Assembly: GCF_009914755.1 (NCBI RefSeq)
Contig: NC_060933.1
DNA: 64,000 nt
Direction: 5' to 3' (one strand)
Origin: the human T2T-CHM13v2.0 reference genome, Homo sapiens
Positions 56,831-64,000 of this stretch are shown here, piece by piece. Under the pieces are notes generated by a model. The model saw only the letters and a list, made by a program, of their open reading frames with translations. It was not told the origin of the DNA and ran no database searches. Positions within the stretch are counted from its first letter, which is position 1; every line of letters begins with the position of its first letter. Made by a program: the position numbers and the translations under genes.

Positions 56831-59800
56831 TCAAGGTCAGATAATTTTCTAATTTGCTAGGGTCTTAATCTGTACATTGAGAGATTCAAGTAGACGATGT
56901 ACAATTTGAAATCAGATAACAAATAGAGGTGGTCTGCATCAGGAGAGCTAGTAAACTGAGACCCAAACCCCAAATCAATAGAGCTTACCGTCTCACTATT
57001 CTCTCTGCTTCTGCACTCTACCATCTACCTGTCTCGTCTTCTCGTCACTCTCTTTTTCATTCATTCTGGTTCCTACACTCCTTCCCTACCTTTATTTCCC
57101 TCTTTCTGCAATTAATGAAGAAGTAGGCACATAAATGTTAGTGCAGCACAAGTAAAATGCAGGATTTACAATCATTTTGTGGAATCATATTTAAGATATG
57201 GAAAGCATTCATGATTTATTAAGTGAAAAAATAAAAATTTACAAAGAAATACAAGTAGTGATCAAAATATCTGTCCTCTTTCTATTTACCTGGTTAGTTA
57301 TTCAGCCAGGGGAAAATAGTATTCCAAGAGTTGTCTCGGAAAAAAGATGCTTCTGCTGATCTGATTATTTTCCTTAGTTTTCTACTGTTACCTTGATTAA
57401 TAATCAATCAAAAATACAATACTGTTATTTTCATGTCACATAATTTTATACCCCTAGTTCTGAAAGCAACATCTCCTCAGAAATACAGTTGCCGCCAAAG
57501 GAGGCATTTTCAAAGTCTTCATGAGCAACTTTATCCCAGTCAGTGTTCCTTATTTTAGAAGGCTATGTTTTTTATTAAATAATACTATATTATAATGTTT
57601 CCATTCTCTATCTTAAAAATAAAACCAAAAAATAACAATCAGCTTTTTTCATTGCCTAAAAAATCTTCCAGTATTTTTTAAACTGCTGTATTTTCTTCTT
57701 CCCTCTCCTGTCCCTCCTCCACCGACCAAAATATTTTTCTTTATATCATTCACTGTGATCCTTGGCTGTCTCAGAAAGGGAGACTTGAGCCTGGACATGG
57801 TTTATAAGCCCAGTTAGCACAGTGATTTCTTGAGTAGGACCATTAGGCCTGCCCTTTCAGGTGCCACTGTCTTCGTTAACAAGCTATTGATTTCCCAAAG
57901 AAAGTGAAGATAGAAATCAAAATGCATCTAAGAAAATGAAAAAAGCAGAAGAAAATAAACTAGTAAGTAAAGCAGACCTAGGGCAGTATTAATGTGGTAG
58001 GGAAAATAAAATGCTTAGAATAATAGACTTGTAAGAGATCTTGGGAGGTCACAGCATCCAAAGATGTCTTTTAAGGAGACAAATATCCTGTAGTGGCCAC
58101 TCCTGCAATCTGCCTTGGCTCATATATTGTTGCTGTAATGCCTTATTCTATTCTTGACCTTAGCATGAACAATTTTTTTCTAGCCCTATCCCATCAATAA
58201 TTTAGTGAACAAGGTGGTTTTTATTCACCAAGAACAAAATTTCCGTGTCCTTTTAATGATCAGAAGACAGAATCTGAGTATTCTATCCCAATGCCAACCC
58301 TTGAGGAAGTTTCCCTCCATGGGTTTGCAAGCATTTGACCATCCAGTGTCAGGTTAACAAATCAGGCTGCTAACTTTTACGTTGATCCCTTCCTTCACAG
58401 CAGAGAACTCTCATTCATCAGCAACAGCACAGGGAAGATTAGTATGCAGGTTTTCTGGTCTCTGGTCATGTGTACTATTCAGACAACATCTTTGGGTTAA
58501 TCTTGAAATCTTGCTGTAACTCACTTAGTTGTTGAATGAAATTGTGTGTGGAGTTCATGATTTGAGCTGCCATTCCTTGCTAGAAAAACTGCTCTATTTT
58601 ATGAAGTAAAAAATAAACTTTTCTTGAAATGAGTGGATCTTACCTAGGAGACATCACCCTATCATAGGCAATTTGTGATAACATCATAAATATAAAATAA
58701 AGATTTTAGTAACTTTAAGATATGCTACAAGTTAAAACCTATAAAACATAAAACAGTTTAAATTCAGACTCCTAGATTTTCTGAAATTTGAAGTTATTTT
58801 ATTCAATGATTTCAGTGAAATCAAGGTGCCCTGTAGTAATAGATCACATGGCCATTTATCTACCATCTCTCTATTTATCTATATAACCTATATTTTACCT
58901 CATTTTGAAAAGAGCACTTCTGACAGCTAACTAACCAATGTAATTATCTCATCCAGGCACATATTGGAGTTCAACATAATACATGTTATACATCTTAAAA
59001 ATTCTACAAAATATGTTTCAGAAGATAATTCAGGAGAAATGCATGAACATACAGCTGTATTTTTACCTTGGGGCTTTTTCATATCTTATAAATAACAAGC
59101 ATGAATTACTTAATTCCCTTAACAGAAATACAACCTCACAATGGTACACTTGTCATGAATTATCCTTCATGCAATTCTCATCATCATCTAATTAGGGTGG
59201 TTTCCATTCATATCAATCATATATACTTTTATAATTAATTTATTGCATCAAAACAATTTTCATGTCCCACTACACTTATAACTCACAAGCTATTGAAGGA
59301 GTTGATGTGGAAAAGGGGGTCTCCAAGTGTATTTGTTTCACCCAACTTTATTTTCAGAGACTTTAGAATTATCTTTCTTTTAAATCTTTCCAAAAGGTTC
59401 CATAGGACTTCCTGAAAGCCTCAGGATGAGGAAAATGCCCACTGTGTACTGATATCCAAACCTATCTCAGAATACTTAAATCCCTACAACCCCAAGCCCC
59501 AACAGACTCCCAGCCAACTCCTAGAAAAACAATTTCCTCAAGAACATCTCTAGACACATATTTACTCAAATCCTTTAGCTTTGTCTTAGTGAATCTAGTT
59601 TCTTTTTTATATCAGTGATTATTCATGATAGTAATAATATAATAATATTATATGTGTAAGGCATTATAGGATTTTGAAAAGTTTCATGATTATTCCACCA
59701 TGAGATACAAGTAAACAATAACAAATACCAAGTCCATTCACTCACACTAAGGTTATAATAATAAAACAAAAGTAGCTACCTAATTCTGGTAAATAGTCAT

Positions 59801-60113
59801 TGAAAGCAAGACTGTTTTCACTACAGTGTGACTAAACTTTGCACTCCCAATCTTAAAGTCAATAAAAATAGGCTCCTACAACTACTGAGTTGGCCTTAGG
59901 GAAAAACAAATATAAATTACACTAAATCCCAGCTTCTGGTATCTCAGTCTTAATGGAAGTAGACCAGTTAGAAATAGGTCTAGCGTCTAGTGATAGGAAC
60001 AGAGAGAAAAATGCTGGAAGGCTGAGCTGTCATCACAGGGTGGCACTGTAGAACTGAACTCCTACATGTTCAGAAAAAGTCCTGAGATGTGACTTTTTGT
60101 CTTGGCTGTCCTT

Positions 60114-60213
60114 GAAACAAATAGGTTTGTTGGGGAACCTATTTGTTTCCTAGCAACAAGGTCCTAGCATGATGGACCTACATGATGGACCTAGCAACAA
60201 GGTCCATCATGTA
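60114..60213. repeat. mosaic of short perfect inverted and direct repeats
   Basis: Two perfect 14-bp hairpins, a 16-bp direct repeat and a 13-bp tandem repeat within 100 bp. Confidence 0.9.
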
Positions 60214-61666
60214 ATGTTCTACAGATTATGCAGTGCATAACTCTAGGGGAGCACCATTCACACTAATCTAGAGTTGAGTACCCCACATATGCACAGCATC
60301 TCCATTCCACAGAGGGGTCAGTAACATTACGCCTATTGCAAAGCTTTTCTATCTTGAGAAAGTGCTGAGACTGGAAAAGATACTAGGAGAGACTTGGAGG
60401 TGGTCACTGGGAAGATGGCTGATTGTATCCAACCCATCAACAGACTTTTGTTATTATCTTGTATTTAAAAATGCCCAATTACTATGAAGAATGTTCAGTG
60501 GATTAAAACCTAACATTTTCTCTTACATTTAATTTTTAAACTAATTTAGAGGCCAACTGAAATAGCTATATGCATGTATTATCTCACTCTCTTCTTTTTT
60601 GAAAGATTATTATCTCCAAATTTTACTGAGAAAATTCTGTGAAGAAAAGTGTTTTTTTTTTAAATGGTACCCAGCTAGTAAGATCTAGAGTTGAGAATTT
60701 AACTAAGAATGCCCATCTCCAAAGTCATTGTTTTTTTAAGTACTATTCATTTTCTGTTTTCTACCAAAGTTATGCAGGTGTTGAACTCATGCCTGGAATG
60801 AAATTCAAAGAGATCTTTTTCAGGGCACTCACTAAAAGTCATGAAGTGTGGAAGATTATTTTAATCTATCTAGCTTTTTCACTCTTAAGTGATTTCTCAG
60901 AATCGTCACATGAAACTTAATCAAATCAAAGTGTCAACATAATATTTTAAACTACTGTATAGCATGTGTCATCATTTACTTATATGGAACCTAGGTTCTA
61001 TTGGAACAGCATTTCAAATTTAGTAAAAATATTTGCTTCAAACATGTATATGACATTCTTCCATTTCATAAATCAAAATTAATGTTATATTTATTTTGAG
61101 TCTTTAAAAATAATGTCCTATAGCTGAAAGCCAATTTTAATTAGCATTCCAAAGTTTGATTTATCTTGTGCTTAGCCAAATTATCCTGGAATTCTAGATT
61201 ATTTAGTGTACGTATAAATTTGGAATAAGGAGGTAATAAAGCAGAATATATAAATGTATAAAATAAAAATTGCCATTTGAATAACGCTTTTATGATCATA
61301 GCATCCTTTTACTAAAAACACTCTCTTTATCTATCTATACATGAATTTCTTTTGTTTTCATGGATTCTTTATGTTCCTAAGCAAGCTAGTGAGCACACAG
61401 GAACATTCAGATTGTCAAGTCAGGCTAAATCAATCAGTGACTTTACTAAATATAAACTTCAGTAATAAACTCAAGGATACAGGCAATCAAGAGGAACACA
61501 CAAAGCAGGCAGAGGTCTGGGGACATCCAGGTTGGTTCCCCAGGGCCTTTCTTTCTCCATTGGACACACACTCTTGGGCACACAATAATGGCTGAGTTCT
61601 CCTAGTGAGGTTTTCTGAGGTTTCTTCCACAATAGAGAACATTTAAGTTACGAAAAATCTCCATTT

Positions 61667-62144
61667 AATCCTGCCATTCCTGGCAACATGGATGAACCTG
61701 GAGGACATTGTTAAGTGAAATAAGTCAGGCACAGCACAGCAAATACTACATGTTCTCACTCATATATGGGAGCTAAAAAATGTTGAGCTCATAAAAGTAG
61801 AGAAGAGAATTGCAGTTATTAGAGACTAGAAAGGGTTGTGGGAAGGAAGGATAGGAAGAACTTGGTTAATGAATACAAAATTATAGCTAGATAGGAGGTA
61901 TAAGTTCCGGTGTTCTGAAGCATTATAGGATGAATACAGTGAACAATAATTTATTGTATATTTTCAAAAGGCTAGAAGAGAGGATTTTGTATGTTCCCAA
62001 TACAAAAAAGAGGTAAATAGTTGAAGTGAGGAATATACTAATTACCATGATTTGATTATTATACCTTGAATGTATATCAAAATATCATTCTATATTTCCA
62101 TAAATATGTGCAATTATTACCTGTCAATTAAAAGTTAAAAAAAA
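61667..62144 (+). mobile_element. L1MA4/5-like 3' fragment
   Basis: 'gcaacatggatgaacctggaggacatt...tgttctcactcatatatgggagct' with A tail; TSD gaaaaatctc(c/a)attt at 61652 and 62145. Confidence 0.92.
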
Positions 62145-63268
62145 GAAAAATCTCAATTTCATACCTAGAGAATTATATAGCTTAAGTGACATTCTCAAAG
62201 GAGCTATGTGTCATAGAATATGTGTTTATTTACTATAAGTTACTATTTAAGCATATACACCCACTAGGCCCTTATATAGATAAGACCCCTTCTTACAGCA
62301 AATTGTGTTAGTTTATTTACTAAGAGATACAAATGACAAGGGGATTAGACCCAATCACCTGTGTTTTTCTTTCTCCTGAAAGCATCTCTCTGGTAAAGAG
62401 AATTAGTAAGTAGCTTAGCCGCTATAATACCGTCCTCCCACAAGGTATTTAGTAAGGCAGAATTCTTTCTTTTTCAGTTTTTGTTGTCTTTCTCTCTTTC
62501 TTTCACAGATAAAGTACTATACAAAAGTTGCCAGCCATATCTATGCCAAGCAGTCCTGTGTATAAGTTACTAAGAGCAGATTTTCTTTCTTTTGTGTGTG
62601 TGGAAATTGATCTGAGTGAATCTATGACACTGTAGTGCAAGTAGATATTCAATGCTCTGAGTAAAAAAGTATTGGAAACAAACTTTTTTTTTACTCCTCC
62701 TTTAGGGCTTTAAAATGTATTAGTCAAGTTTGCACTCATTATCTTGAAGAAAAAGGGAAAAAGGTCCATTTTTTTTTCTTTTGTAGTATGAATATCTCTG
62801 ATGAAATGAGACAATGTCCAAGGGAAGCTGGTATCTTCAAGAAGGTACTCATGATAAGAAGAGTGAGGACGCACACCTTTAACTTAATATGCAGCAGAGA
62901 CAAGACTTTTCTTCAAACCCAAGTGCTCTAGCACCATGCATATTTTGAAAATAGTGACTAAGCACATAAAAGTAAAAGAAAAAATTGCATTCATGGACTC
63001 CTACTCTAATGGATGTAAGAGGTGACTCTATCTAAAATAACACTGGGAGAGAGGGCTCTTTCTGCTTCTTCTTTAAATATTGAGCAGCAATGTTAATGTT
63101 CCTTCAAAATTTCTACAGCAAAAAAAAAAAAAGTGGCAGCATAAAGTTGAGCAAACCTTAAATTAGCCAGAGCAGCAGCAGTAGTGGCAGTCTCCCTCCA
63201 TAAGGTATTGGCTAAGGATTGTCCTTTGCATATGTCAGACACTGAAGAACTCCCAGCTTAGAGTGACA

Positions 63269-63659
63269 GGAGGGTCTCTGCATCCAGAAGACGTACTTGA
63301 GACCCAGAACAAGCCACATGGAACAATGAGGATTTGCTGTGAGCATGACCAGGCTGTGGAGAACCAGCAGTGGTAGCTGAGAAGGTAGTAGCTGCAACAG
63401 CATCAGAGGGTAAGGCATGCCCTCTGATACTCCAGGCTGTACCTGCCTTAAGCTTCAGCAGGGTCTGGAGGGTCTCTGCATCCAGAACATATACATGAGA
63501 CCCAGAACAAGCCACATGGAACAATGAGGATTTGCCTTGAGTATGACCAGGCTGTGGAGAACCAGCAGTGATAGTTGAGAGGGTAGTAGCTACAACAGCA
63601 TCAGAGGGCCAGGCACGCCCTCTGATACTCCAGCCTGTACCTGCCTTAAGCTTCAGCAG
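63269..63659. repeat. 198-bp-period tandem duplication (2 copies, ~92% identical)
   Basis: 63269-63461 vs 63467-63659: about 15 substitutions in 193 bp, no indels. Confidence 0.95.
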
Positions 63660-64000
63660 CAACACTCTATCTTGGTAGCATGTGATCAGCTTTCAGATGG
63701 TAGTGGCCGAATCTCTGAGTCCACAGTGTACAGGCTTGAATTTGACAACAGCTGGACAAGCACTCTGTCTAGGTCTATTGTGGCCAAAAAAAAAAAAAAA
63801 AAAAACGAAAGAAAAAGGAAGAAAGAGAAAAAAGGAAGGGAGGGAGGAAGAAAGACAGGCCAGCTCTTCAGGATAATGACAGAAGGAAGAACTCTGAGGT
63901 TTTCCTGTAATGGAAAAAGTGCGAGAAATAGCCATAACCTTATCATTTTCTCAGACAGGAACACCATAGACTACACAGTTGTGCAGGTTTTGCAGATAAG

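Noticed and set aside
63258-63665. 135-aa minus-strand ORF as a real CDS
   Set aside because: Non-ATG start, no recognisable domain, and its length is explained by duplication of a 66-codon stop-free unit.

Overview
AT-rich, repeat-dense primate genomic DNA (AluJ/S/Y, L1PA/L1MA/L1M, L2, MIR, MaLR/ERV1/ERVL LTRs, an ERV9 LTR12 and DNA-transposon fossils), consistent with human or another ape. It looks intergenic or deep intronic. I cannot place it on a chromosome and find no intact protein-coding gene; the ORFs I could interpret come from microsatellites or decayed mobile elements. Repeat subfamily names are recognised by eye from remembered consensus sequences and need RepeatMasker/Dfam confirmation. 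Main observations: (1) an unexplained ~130-bp, ~80%-identical inverted repeat (5301-5431 / 6820-6952) about 1.4 kb apart; each arm holds a small palindrome with a compensatory closing pair, and the arms enclose a candidate 80-nt minus-strand exon; (2) a tailless 5'-half tRNA-Lys(CTT) retrocopy at 3342-3379; (3) an ancient ERV-L pol gene (RT, RNase H, integrase, dUTPase) split over ~15 kb by nested L1, Alu and Tigger insertions; (4) a twin-primed L1PA with a possible short 3' transduction; (5) a ~100-bp template-switch-like mosaic at 60114-60213; (6) a 198-bp tandem duplication at 63269-63659.
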